From assembly GCA_037379345.1 (NCBI GenBank), contig CM074521.1, positions 36,418,704 through 36,482,703 of the forward strand: a stretch of DNA of 64,000 bases, read 5' to 3'. The translations under genes and the position numbers were made by a program. The notes beneath the pieces were generated by a model, which had not been told where the DNA came from, did not search any database, and saw only the letters and a list, made by a program, of their open reading frames with translations. The first letter of the stretch is position 1, and each line of letters starts with the position of its first letter. Shown piece after piece: positions 1-12,500 of the stretch. The stretch comes from Perna viridis (Eukaryota).

Positions 1-503
1 TAACATGACATAGACTAAAACACCTAAACTCCTGCAGAACAACAAAACACAAATTAGAATCTTACCTAATATAGGCTAATGTTGTTATGATGGTATTACA
101 TGCAGTAAATAAGTAAATAACATGAGCTTAAACCCATAAACTCCTGTGGGATTAAAACAAAAGAGCAATCAGAATTGTAATGCCTTAAATATATTAATAT
201 GTTAATTCCTCGCCTAACACACATAGGCCAAAAGTTGTTAACTCCTGCAAGATAAAAATAATAACAGAATAATTATGATCAAAATGCCCCAAATATATGT
301 GATAGGTTAGAATACTCTAAACAGGATAAAAACAAAACAGAAATTACAGGTATAATTCCTGCAATTCATTAGGTCATTCATTCTTACAAAATAAAATAGT
401 TGTGTATCTTCATTGATATTCATTCCTTACTGTACATCTTTATACATTGTATTATTCCTTTTATTTTTATTGCAAAAAAAAAAACATAATAGCAACCACT
501 AAC

Positions 504-552
504 CACATGTCTGTATGGAGACCCAAAGGTTCATAATCTAGGACTTCAGGAG
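504..552 (-). CDS. STK17: STK17/DRAK kinase exon 5 (49 nt); gene continues beyond the left edge
   Basis: cttttacAG acceptor; (A)PEVLDYEPLGLHTDM(W); GTTAGT donor; completes the APE motif in phase. Confidence 0.93.
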
Positions 553-1464
553 CTGTAAAAGAAAGAAGACAAAGTCAGATAAATCCAAACCAATCTCATT
601 GCTTTGAATTGTGTTTTAAAGCATATTTTGTTTGTACTGGGAGAAATTATATTGAGGTATTGTAATGTTGTGTAGTTTTTACAACTTAAGAATTTGCAAT
701 ACTGGATGCTCGTTATATGTAGTTGAAATCTATAGTTGTCTTCATAAATGATATAATTGAAAATAAACTTCAATGGGAAGTCTTCTGTTAATCTGGTACT
801 ACTGATTTTAGACTTAAAACTTCCTGTGAAATTGACTTCTATTTTGGTATTGATTTAAAATAAAATCCTACAGTATTATCATAAATTTATTTGGTCCCAA
901 TGATTATGTCAAAATAGTATGTTTCTTACTGTCTTCAACTTTGTATTAGGTTTGTCATGTTATTGCTTTGGTTTTGTTTAAATCAATGACTTCTAATCTA
1001 ATTCTTAAAAGATTTTTTTCTTTAATTATAAAATATATATACATGCGTATCTGATATGACTGGATCAACTGCAGCATTATAAGCTGTGTTACTACTGTTT
1101 ACATAAAAACAGAAAACTGCATCAAATAGTACCCGCAAAATTGATGTTTAATACTTTATAACCTTTATCTTTATTTCAAATCTTGAAAACTGATACCTAC
1201 GAATGTGTTCACTGGACAGAATCCATGAAAATTAACAACCACAAACATTAATATGTTTATAATATGTCATCCATGAACGTTTTTTATAACATCCAGGAAC
1301 AGTTTTTAAGGCTTCTGGTTTTTCAGTTTTATTGAGGGTTATACTCACACTGATGTTCATAATTCTGGTGAGACTTTGCAGTTTTTTTAAAGTTATATTC
1401 ACCTATGGATTCTGGTAAGGGTTTCATGTTAATCAAGGGTTCAGACAAGTTCTACAGTACATAC

Positions 1465-1591
1465 CGACATAATCAACAGTTCCAATAATATCCCTGATAT
1501 CTTCTCCTGTATTCACCAGACAAGCAAATCCCAGGTCACATAACTTTATATCACCTTTAGGGAACGGTTGAGTCAGTAATATATTCTGAGG
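1465..1591 (-). CDS. STK17: STK17/DRAK kinase exon 4
   Basis: ttttAG acceptor; PQNILLTQPFPKGDIKLCDLGFACLVNTGEDIRDIIGTVDYV; GTATGT donor. Confidence 0.95.
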
Positions 1592-2100
1592 CTAAAATAG
1601 AAAATAAGAATTAAATGCATGTAACTGTTGCTTCAAAAGAATCTTGTACTGTGATCATACTCGCAAAGACCCCAAAAGACCAAAATAAGTATGTATGCCA
1701 AGGGCACTAACTCCTTCATAGTAGATCCAGAAATCAACTAATTTATTTACACTTCAATTTCTGATAAGGAAAAGCATAAAGTGGTTCTTAACTATTGAAA
1801 GAAAACATTCTCACATGAGAAAAATTGCCTGACCCACAGACAGACAGACAGACAGACAGACATTTTTACAAGAGAGACAAACAGAATAACCCAGGCATTG
1901 CACTGAATATTATATCCTTGCTTCCACAAACTCATTGATTTAATTAATGTAACTTTGTGGTATAAATGGTTTTGACATAAAATCATTAGCGCACTAACTA
2001 ACTGTCTAGGCAATAATGGGCAAATGAATAAATTACATTATACACACCTCCGTGGTAATAATGTGGTTTTGTTACAAAGATTACTCCCAACTCAGTAATC

Positions 2101-2932
2101 TAAGGTTAGTTCACTTGTACTATTCCAATATCTTTGACAGGAAATAAAACAATGCTTTAAATGAAATGTGGTAGTGGAAGATATGCACTTTTTATTATTA
2201 TCATGAAATGCTAATTCATCAAATGACATTTTGTTATCATGGCTTAACAAATCAAAGGTGTGTTGATCTAAAAACATGTCAAAACATTATACACAGAAGA
2301 CATTTTAAACTAGAAATCCCCAACCTAAATCCTTCCATTTGCTCAAAATTCACTGAACATAGAAAACCTTTTATGTTAGATTACCCTCCATTGCAGAGAT
2401 CTGTCTTTGATCATTGGTGAACAAATATGATGCCATATTGGAGGAATTGTTTTACGTGGACTGATAAATGAAACAACACAAATTCCTGGGGAGGATACAT
2501 CACACATCAATATTAATTCTATAATGAAGTGGACCTTTTCATGATTTTTTGAAAAACATAAAAACTGATTCAATAAAACTTTCCCTTGTGTTGCAAATTA
2601 ACTCCCCCCCCAAAAAAAAAAAAAATTAAAAAGGGGGGAGTCCACAAAGATATGGAAGAAAAGTAGTCTTGAACTATACATAACCAATTTTTCTACTTTG
2701 ACTTTTGTACATACATGTTCAGAGGAACATTTTTATGTTATAATGTTAAATTTTCTTAACAAAAAGTTTTCATGTTATGTTGTTATGTTTGCTCTATTTC
2801 ATAAGGTCATAGTTCATAATTTTTTACAAAACATTAGTTTGTAAAGAAACAAAAAACCCACACTATTTTAATCCCCTCCATGTTTAGAAGTACAACCCAG
2901 AGAGGAAAATGAAATACAAGACTGGTACCTTA
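2101..2932. mobile_element. Degenerate copy of the same AGGT...ACCT MITE family
   Basis: Shares GAGTCCAC..AGAAAAGTAGTCTTGAACTATA...AAAACATTAGTTTGTA...ACTGGTACCTT with 39500-39810. Left boundary is tentative. Confidence 0.65.
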
Positions 2933-3946
2933 CAGTTTATACTCAACAATGACATCATACTTAGTAAATTCATAGAAATCAGACAGCTCTGCTTTTACAT
3001 GATGCCATCTATTGATATTTGTTAAGGTTGAATTACAAGAGAAAATTTCAGTGGCTCTGCAACATGTCTATAACAAAACAGTTCACAAAACACAGATTTC
3101 TGGTTTTATAAAAAGGAACAGAATTAACATAATTCATCCCATATGCCCTAAGAATCCTTAATTGCTTTTTATCCAACAAAATATCTCAAATTATCTTTTT
3201 TCATATCTATATGAACCATTTTACACTGATGGAGGTAACTGGATCCACTACATCTATCTTTACATATTCATTTCTTCAAGGTTAAAGTGATCAATATAAT
3301 CTAGGTTTACTGGTGTGGAAATACTCAGTGAATGTTCCTCTTGTATAAATGTAATCTTAAGACATCCAATTGATTTTACACCACAAGCTAGTTTTAGTTC
3401 CCAACAGGAAAGAGCTGGAAAGTTACATTAATGATCCTGAGAAAAGACTATAGGACATCTTAAAATGGGTTAAAATATGAAACCCTTAAGTTGAATTAAA
3501 GCTATGATCCCCCCCACCCCCACGAAAAAATTCATGAAAATCCCTTAAGCAGTTCAGTAGGAGCCAGACTTACAAAATATGCAGACCAACAGATGGATCT
3601 ATAGACAGAGTAATTCTCAAGAGGTGGCAAGGTTAAATCAGATCATGATTCTTAAAAGGTGGTAATACAAAATCAGATAAATCGACCATTTATATATCTT
3701 ATAAATTGTATTCTTACATGTAAATATTGTACCTCAACCTTGTCTAACATCATATCCTACAGAACAAGGATGTTTTAAGTATTTGAATGTACTGATGTAT
3801 GAATAGGTTAGAGTGTGTGTGTGTGAAGTAAAGTAGCTGTGTTTGTTTATTGTTATTTATCAAGTTATATCTGTACCTTTATATTTATAGTTTACAAGAA
3901 TATATCTACATACATCTATTGTAATCAACACAAATTCAGTATTTAC

Positions 3947-4085
3947 CTTGATGTCTAAATGAACTATATTTCTCTGATGAAGATAATCTAGTCCCTCCAA
4001 TATCTGTTTCATTATCTTCACTACATCTTGTTCATCAAATGATTCCTCAATAACGCATTCATGGAACAGCTCCCCACCAGAACAG
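3947..4085 (-). CDS. STK17: STK17/DRAK kinase exon 3
   Basis: ttcAG acceptor; CSGGELFHECVIEESFDEQDVVKIMKQILEGLDYLHQRNIVHLDIK; GTAAAT donor; phases consistent. Confidence 0.95.
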
Positions 4086-4500
4086 CTGAAAGAATATATA
4101 CTTTATTTTACCAATATGACAGTAGCCCTCTTTTTCAATTTCCATTACACTTTTTTAGCAAGCTTGGATTGCTACTTTCCATTGGCAAGAGCAGCTAAGA
4201 TTTGAGTTCTATTTCTTAAGGGTTTTCCTTGAGCATATCAATTCCTGGTTGCTCAGAAGGCCCTTTCAACTAGTTCTCATGCCATTTTTTACATCTCATT
4301 ATTAACATTCTTAAAATAAATTCTATTGTCGACATACTTTTTAGATAGTTCATAGCAAAAAAACATGATGAATAACTTCAATGTAAACAGAAAATAGGAG
4401 AACTTTGAAAGATAAGGAGAAGGACCTGGGAACCAAGACATTTTCTTCAGTTGGCTTTTCTCAGCATCCTTTTTCAGAAGTCCTTTAGCCTCTACCCCCC

Positions 4501-4536
<36 letters not shown>

Positions 4537-6359
4537 CAATAGCCCCATAATAACATTGACAAGTAAAGAGAAAAGAGAAAAAAAATGCTAATACTGAATA
4601 CTGCAAAACTAAAAAATGTAAATTAACTTATGCACAATCTGATGAAAACCCTAAAAATCTAGTCAAATTGTACATTTTTCACTGCATAAATTAGGACATC
4701 AAAATGTACCAAAATAGCAGATAGGTTAATGTTCAGTCATGCATAAAATAAATGCAGTTAAGCATGAAATTTTATGTCAAAATAATTGTGCCAAATTAGA
4801 ATAAATGCCTACTGAAATAGAATTCAGTAATCTTGGGTGATAAAAAGATTAGTTCATTCCCAAACAGTAAATAGCAGACATTTAGGGATGTAGTTAAATA
4901 AAAGCAAATGTCAAGATCAATAATCAGGATTCAGGTGCACCTATAATTAAATGAATTCAATTCTTGTTTAAATATATTTGAAGAACTGTAGTATCTTACA
5001 CATATTCAGTTCATCCTGTGTGTGACTGGATTTTTCCTCTAGTATAGTTCCGATCCAGTTTTGATGTTTTACTTTCAGTAACGTCACATTTCACTTCATG
5101 TGGGTGAAGTTTAAATATATAGAAGTTATTTACACATTATAAGATGTAATCCTTTCAAGTATTTAAACTTGAATTGACTTTTTAATATGCTACTATTATT
5201 AACATACCAATGATTTTCAATCATTTTTAATATACAATACATAACATAGAAATACTTAGCTGTAAAAGTTCAAACCATGTCAGGGATTAACATTGACATT
5301 TAAAATAACAGCTTTTAATTAAATTCTGAATGATCAGGCAAAAAATGGAAGTAGACAGATCTTTTTTTAACTTCTAGAAGTTCTTTCAATGACCCTACTG
5401 AATATACTTATACATATCCCTAACTATATACATTGTACACTTATGATTTATACACTGACTAAAGTAGCACTAGAATAAAATGACAGGTCTGTAGAAGGGT
5501 AAGACAGCTGGCAGAGACTTCTAACCACAGAGTCTGGAACACTAACCATAACCATGTATAGGTCTCAAACAAAATGTCATTGACAAATCCTACACAGATA
5601 CATGTATAACAATTAAAGGCCTGTGAAAACCATGAAATTCTTATTCTTAGATATATTTGTGGGTGTTTATTTTTTTTATATGTAATGCCCAAACAATATA
5701 AAAATATGATAGTGTGACTTTTTATATGTAATGCACAAAGTTACAATGTAAAAATATGATGGTATGACTTTTATTAAATGTCACTTACTTTAGTAATGGC
5801 CTAATTTGCATAATTTGTTAAAAATCTCTACTAATTCAAATCAACAAAATACGACAATGTGATTAAATTAAGCATGTTTCCTGATAATGTTGAGTTCTTA
5901 TCTAAAACATGAGGTATAAAGACGACAACTTTCTATTTAGGATATTACAAAAAAACTGCAGTACTGTATCTGGGTTCAGTTTTATGAACCCAATCTCATA
6001 GTAAAAAGTTTGCATTTTTTTCTCAAAATTTGATTTGGGAACAGAATGATGTTCGTTTGTCATTTTCATGCTTACTCACAAAAGTGATTTTACATTAGCT
6101 AAAATTGTGAATAAAAATTTTCTTGGAAAGTAAAGTCAACTTAGATATTTGTTGTAATCCCTCCAAATTTACTTTCCTTGACTTTAAAAAGTTTCAAATC
6201 AATGGTCCAATTGATGTGAAAACAAGAAGTCCCCAAAAAAATACAGTTGAAAAATCTGGACCTCTGTAAATACAATTTCAAAAGAAATTAATTAGGTCAG
6301 AAATTAAGGGTGCGGCATCTCAGACCTACATAAATTTAATCAAAACTGTCACTGGGGCT

Positions 6360-7471
6360 TGAAAACAAAACGTTCATCAGACTGACTAAATAGCAGTGAA
6401 TAAAGGGCATGATAACAAAACATCAGACTGGCTAAATAGCAGTGAATAGAGGGCATGAAAACAAAACATCAGACTGACTAAATAGCAGTGAATAGAGGGC
6501 ATGAATACAAAACATCAGACTGGCTAATTAGCAGTGAATAGAGAGCATAAAAACAAAACATCAGACTGACTAAATAGCAGTGAATAGAGGGCATGAAAAC
6601 AAAACATCAGACTGACTAAATAGCAGTGAATAGAGGGCATGAATACAAAAAATCAGACTGACTAAATAGCAGTGAATAGAGGGCATGAAAACAAAACGTT
6701 CATCAGACTGACTAATTAGCAGTGAATAGAGGGCATGAAAACAAAACATCAGACTGACTAAATAGCAGTGAATAGAGGGTATGAAAACAAAACATCAGAC
6801 TGACTAAATAGCAGTGAATAGAGGGCATGAAAACAAAACATCAGACTGGCTAAATAGCAGTGAATAGAGGGCATGAAAACAAAACATCAGACTGACTAAA
6901 TAGCAGTGAATAGAGGGCATGAAAACAAAACGTTCATCAGACTGACTAATTAGCAGTGAATAGAGGGCATGAAAACAAAACATCAGACTGACTAAATAGC
7001 AGTGAATAGAGGGCATGAAAACAAAACATCAGACTGATTAAATAGCAGTGAATAGAGGACATGAAAACAAAACGTTCATCAGACTGACTAATTAGCAGTG
7101 AATAGAGGGCATGAAAACAAAACATCAGACTGACTAAATAGCAGTGAATAGAGGGCATGAAAACAAAACATCAGACTGGCTAAATAGCAGTGAATAGAGG
7201 GCATGAAAACAAAACATCAGACTGACTAAATAGCAGTGAATAGAGGGCATGAAAACAAAACATCAGACTGACTAAATAGCAGTGAATAGAGGGCATGAAA
7301 ACAAAACATCAGACTGACTAAATAGCAGTGAATAGAGGGCATGAAAACAAAACATCAGACTGACTAAATAGCAGTGAATAGAGGGCATGAATACAAAACA
7401 TCAGACTGACTGAATAGCAGTGAATAGAGGGCATGAAAACAAAACATCAGACTGACTAAATAGCAGTGAAT
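6360..7471. repeat. 46-bp minisatellite (~24 copies) with occasional 50-bp variant
   Basis: CATGAAAACAAAACATCAGACTGACTAAATAGCAGTGAATAGAGGG; the variant carries a CGTT insertion. Confidence 0.97.
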
Positions 7472-8177
7472 ATATTTGTTGACTCATAATTGGGACAGGT
7501 TTCTTTCCATCTATTATCCATATAGAAATGAAGTAATGCATGAAAGTGAGCTGGAACAAAGTGAAGAATGTGAAATATTCATCAACAGCTTGGATTTCTA
7601 CCTTCATCTACTGACAGATGTCTATAATGACATCACCATTCATACATACAATACGATTACATTTATGACTTTTTCTCTTCTTTTCCCTTGTTTTTGTTAT
7701 CTTTGTTCTTTTTTACTCACATTTAATCCTTCTCTTACCCATTCATCAATAGAGATTGGTATTAATTTTACAGTGTTTTAGGAAGTGAAGATCAAAGCCA
7801 GGACTTGTTACCTTTAAACACCCATCCTATTTCCTTCCTATAAGTGCAATTAGATCTGGGAAAGTCTGAGAAAATATTCTTCAACAGTGTTCATTGTAGA
7901 AATATAAAATGCTGTACAGAATAAATATCACCTAGTGTCTGGTGTTCTTGATTAGTTGGTGATTTAAGTAGGTTTTTAATGAAGTAAAATAAAGGAATAG
8001 CAAATATTCGAGTTTCATTCAACATTTCCAACTGTATGGTATCAAATATGAAAGGTTAGTTTAACTGGTTGATGACATTACTGACCTATATACTGCATAA
8101 ACTGCAGATCATTTATCAAGGTTTCCTCTCATGCTGTATCTAAAGATGCATATTAATATTTATTTTTAAGTCTGATT

Positions 8178-8590
8178 TTGCACCAAATCAACTACTGTAT
8201 CTATTTACAGGTCCGATCATGGACCAGATCAACTACCGCATCTATTTACAGGTCCCATCTTGGACCAGATCAACTACCGCATCTATTTACAGGTCCGATC
8301 ATGGACCAGATCAACTACCGCATCTATTTACAGGTCCGATCATGGACCAGATCAACTACCGCATCTATTTACAGTTCTGATCATGGACCAAATCAACTAC
8401 CACATCTATTTACAGGTCCGATCATGGACCAGATCAACTACTGTATCTATATACAGGTCTAATTATGGACCAGATCAGCTACAGTACCAATTTACAGGTC
8501 TCGTTATGGACCAGATTAGCTACTGTACCTATTTACAGGTCTAATTATGGACCAGATCAACTACTGTACCTATTTACAGGTCTCGTTATG
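8178..8590. repeat. 41-bp minisatellite (~10 copies)
   Basis: ATGGACCAGATCAACTACCGCATCTATTTACAGGTCCGATC. Confidence 0.95.
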
Positions 8591-8842
8591 GGCTGACTAT
8601 GACATTTTTAAGAAAAAAGATCATACTGCAGCTAATAAATTTTTTGGAAATAAGTTCAGTGGTCCAGGTTCCCCATCCTTTAAAAAAAAAAAAAAAACGC
8701 ATTGTGACCTTGAACTTTGACCTTCTGACCCCAAAATTAATACAGATAGGTGTCTTCCTTATCCCTGAATGTATATGTTACATGAATATGATCAGAAGCT
8801 TTCAGAAGTTATGACAAAGAAACTATTTTTGGACAGAAAGCC

Positions 8843-9463
8843 AACTAGATATCATGGAGATGGCAGCCATCTCTTAGGGCCCCGCTGGTTGAAAATATAT
8901 TTTTAAATGTCCACTGCTTAACAGGGAATATTGAGAACTTGGTAAAAAATTTGTCGATCGAAACTAAACGTAAACATGACTTGTAACTCATCATAATTGA
9001 CACATGATTGACTTGCTTACCAAATATAAGTCCAATATCTGCATGCGTATGGAAAAAAAGTGCAAATAACTGTGATTTTAGTGAAATTTTGGAATTCCAA
9101 GGGCCGTAACTTGGTCAAAAACCGGTGGAGCAGAACGAAACTCAAACTTGATTTGTAACTAATCATAATTGACTTGCATACAAAATATCAGCCCAATATC
9201 TGCAAGCGTATGGGAAAAAAAGTGTGAAAAAAGGCGATTTTAGTGAAATTTCAAAGTCCAAGGGCCATTACTTGATAAAATATTAGTGGAGCGGAACAAA
9301 ACTTAAACTTGATTTGTAACTATTCATACTTGACCCATATACAAAATATCAGCCTAATATCTGCAAGCATATTGAAAAAAAAGTGTGGAAAACTGATTTT
9401 GTTATGGACGGACGCACAGACTGATTACTAAAGGGCGGCCGCCACTTAGTGGCGGGGCCCTAA
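8843..9463. mobile_element. Non-autonomous Helentron/HINE (pearl-like) element with internal ~160-bp repeats
   Basis: Hairpin GAGATGGC-A-GCCATCTC; 12-bp inverted repeats TTAGGGCCCCGC (8874-8885) and GCGGGGCCCTAA (9452-9463); three ~160-bp core repeats; GGAC microsatellite; terminal hairpin CCGCCACT-T-AGTGGCGG. Confidence 0.8.
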
Positions 9464-10159
9464 TTATACAGCCCCACCCACAGCTTTAACAAAAGGCAGG
9501 GGACAAAAATGTCTCACTGAAACTGGTGAAACTCATAGAGGCAACAATTATGAATGTATATACACCTTTTTTATCTTTGACCAAAAGTAAGGTAGTCCTT
9601 ACTATGGAAAAAACAAGGGTGTAAGAACTCCAATTACTAGAGTAGTAAAGATCCTAATTATTGAACTTATGTCTATAACTAGACAAACAAGGGGCATGTT
9701 AGCCATTTTCCTCGGAGTTTTTTTATGTTATCCACTTGTAATCAAACACTCTAGAAGTATGACAAAGTCAATTATTATTACATGAACAAGTGCCCTTTTC
9801 CCGGTCTATTAATGTACAACATCATGTAACATTTCCTCTTGTTTTCAAAGTTCTGTTTTAATATTCAAGTGATAAACTATGTTAAGATTACACAATAAAA
9901 TTTTTCAGAGAAGCATGTTTGATGACAGTCACACAGTATAGATCCCTCACTGCAACAATGAGATAATGGTCGATACATCTTTCCTGTACTTCAGAACTGC
10001 CTTCACACAATCAAAATGTGGCTTTTCACAGAAATGAGGAAAACAAAATATTACTTACATGTACTGGTATTAGCAAAATTTTCACTGTTCACTAAAAAAG
10101 TACACAAGTAAATGGTGATAATTGATATGTACTCATACAAGCCTTTCAGTAAAACTTAC

Positions 10160-10372
10160 TATTCTGTAATGAGGATTAGTTCTGTTGTTGTTTCAAACAC
10201 TTCCTTTAACTGTACAAGTCTAGGATGAGACAGAGCTTTTTCTAACATCACCACCTCCCGTAATATCTCCTCTCGACATGTTTTCCCTCTCCGTCGCTTT
10301 TTTATATATTTTGCTGCTACCTCCTCTTTGGTTTCTTTATGGATTAACTTTTTTACTACAGCAAACTTGCCC
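10160..10372 (-). CDS. STK17: STK17/DRAK kinase exon 2 (subdomains I-V)
   Basis: tttctAG|G GGC AAG TTT... encodes GKFAVVKKLIHKETKEEVAAKYIKKRRRGKTCREEILREVVMLEKALSHPRLVQLKEVFETTTELILITEY, then GTAAGT. The KKRRRG basic loop is typical of DAPK/DRAK kinases. Confidence 0.95.
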
Positions 10373-10446
10373 CTAGAAACAATAAATGGAAATATAGTTA
10401 TTTTGACTGTAACTTTTTGTCTTAAAAGTGAACTAACATATCAAAC

Positions 10447-10627
10447 TTGTACAGTACAGCTCAAGAGACTTGTACAGGAGAACTACATGTGTACAGTACA
10501 GCTCAGGAGACTTGTACAGGAGAACTACATGTGTACAATACAGCTCAAGAGACTTGTACAGGAGAACTACACGTGTACAATACAGCTCAGGAGACTTGTA
10601 CAGGAGAACAGTACAGTACAGCTCAGG
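10447..10627. repeat. 42-bp minisatellite (~4 copies)
   Basis: TGTACAGTACAGCTCARGAGACTTGTACAGGAGAACTACATG. Confidence 0.92.
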
Positions 10628-10846
10628 TGATTTGTACATTACAGCTCTGGGCATTGTTTTTTTACTTCGCAATTATGAACATATTTTCAGTTTACAGTCT
10701 CCTATATTAAGGTTTTTGTTATTAGATGAAAATGCATAATAGAGAAATATAACAAGAACATCTTCTTGATTTGGTCTGTAACCATGAGCATAATAGAACA
10801 ATAATTATTTTATCATTGAAAAACAAAGTGTCAAGTGGAAATGTTA

Positions 10847-11112
10847 CAAAAAGAAACCTTGGAGTTCAAGGTGTCTACCAAAAAACCCTGAAGTTTAAGG
10901 TGTGTACCAAAAAACCTGAAGTTCAAGGTGTCTACCAAAAACCCTGAAGTTCAAGGTGTGTACAAAAAACCTGTAGTTCAAGGTGTGTACCAAAAACCCT
11001 GTAGTTCAAGGTGTGTACCAAAAACCCTGTATTTCAAGGTGTGTACCAAAAACCCTGTAGTCAAAGACGTGTACCAAAAATTCGGTAATTCAAGGTGAGT
11101 ACCAAAAACCCC
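10847..11112. repeat. 28-bp minisatellite (~9 copies)
   Basis: CAAAAACCCTGTAGTTCAAGGTGTGTAC. Confidence 0.92.
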
Positions 11113-11954
11113 AAATTAAGAAAGTTTTTACAACCAAAAATGTTTAATATCCATTCTGGTAGTAACAATATTCTATGAACCTCTATTTATACATCTACTC
11201 CAACCTCCCAATGTAATACTTATATCCCTTTTTTCATTTTTCTACTATGACCCTGAATTAATGCATCACAATTACACATGCATCTAAAACCTTGCTCATG
11301 AATATTCATATCATTATAAAAGCACAGATGCTTCCGTGCAACTGCATGTCTTGTAAATTATCTGTTTAGTAAAGTATTAAATTAGTCAGAGCTTATAAAT
11401 CAATCAGAGAGTACACATTAATACCTTATTTTGTATGATTTTGACCTGGAAAGGTTATATTAGTCCCTTGCCAAGCCTGACTCATTGTTTTGTCAAGAAA
11501 ATTCTGCCATCACACTTCAAACCAAAATATACTTAAACCCTCTGTAACCTTTAAAAATAATCCATCTTTACCTACAACTATCGCATCTTTCATCATTTTA
11601 CAACTTTCACACATGAATGAATCTTTTAATTTTGATATTCTTCATAAAACATTTTGTAAAATTTTTGATGGGATAGACATAATTTTTTTCAAACATTCAT
11701 TGTCAAGGTATTTTTACCTGCGTCAATTAAAAGGAGTTGCAAACACTGTAACACAGGGAATGACATTTCTGACTCATTATTACACAATTAAAATGCAACC
11801 ACATGAACTATTGCACTTAAAAAGGCATATCAAACCTATAAAGACTTGTTTATTTACATACTTACTTACAGAACCTAAACTTAGAAGTCTGCCAAAAATT
11901 AACAACTCTGAAACAAGGCCAACTTGTCTATCAATAGTTAACATGAAACCATTC

Positions 11955-12500
11955 TTACTAGCCCAAGTTACAGAAAACAGAACTCAAAAGGGACTTATGT
12001 GGGGACTTTCACTAGCCCAATTTACAGAAAACAAAACTTAGAAGGGACTTATGTAGGGACTTCCACTAGCCAATGTTACAGAAAACAAAACTTAGAGGGG
12101 ACTCATGTGGGGACTTCCACTAGCCCATGTTACAGAAAACAAAACTTAGAAGAGACTTATGTGGGGACTTCCACTAGCCCATGTTACAGAAAACAAAACT
12201 TAGAAGGAACTTACATGAGGACTTCCACTAGCCCAAGTTACAGAAAATGAAACTTTGAAGGGACTTATGTGGGGACTTCCACTAGCCCATGTTACAGAAA
12301 ACAAAACTTAGAAGGGACTGACATGAGGACTTCCACTAGCCCAAGTTACTGAAAATGAAACTTTGAAGGGACTTATGTGGGGACTTCCACTAGCCCAAGT
12401 TACAGAAAATGAAACTTTGAAGGGACTTATGTGGGGACTTCCACTAGCCCAAGTTACAGAAAACTAAACTTAGAAGAGACTTATGTGGGAACTTCCATTA
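11955..12500. repeat. 54-bp minisatellite (~10 copies)
   Basis: GGGGACTTCCACTAGCCCAAGTTACAGAAAACAAAACTTAGAAGGGACTTATGT. Confidence 0.95.

Noticed and set aside
6371-7085. CTGATGA (minus strand) in the 50-bp variant units as a hammerhead ribozyme core
   Set aside because: No stem II followed by GAAA, so no hammerhead fold is apparent.
6360-7471. CRISPR-like appearance of this and other regular arrays
   Set aside because: There are no unique spacers and no cas genes, and the context is eukaryotic. These are plain tandem repeats.
11201-11260. Possible third first exon of STK17 (…YYIGR|GTTGGA)
   Set aside because: An in-frame TGA lies just upstream, there is no in-frame ATG, and the donor is weak.
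11490-12041. 183-aa plus-strand ORF
   Set aside because: No recognisable motifs, non-ATG start, AT-rich, runs into a minisatellite and lies antisense within an intron.
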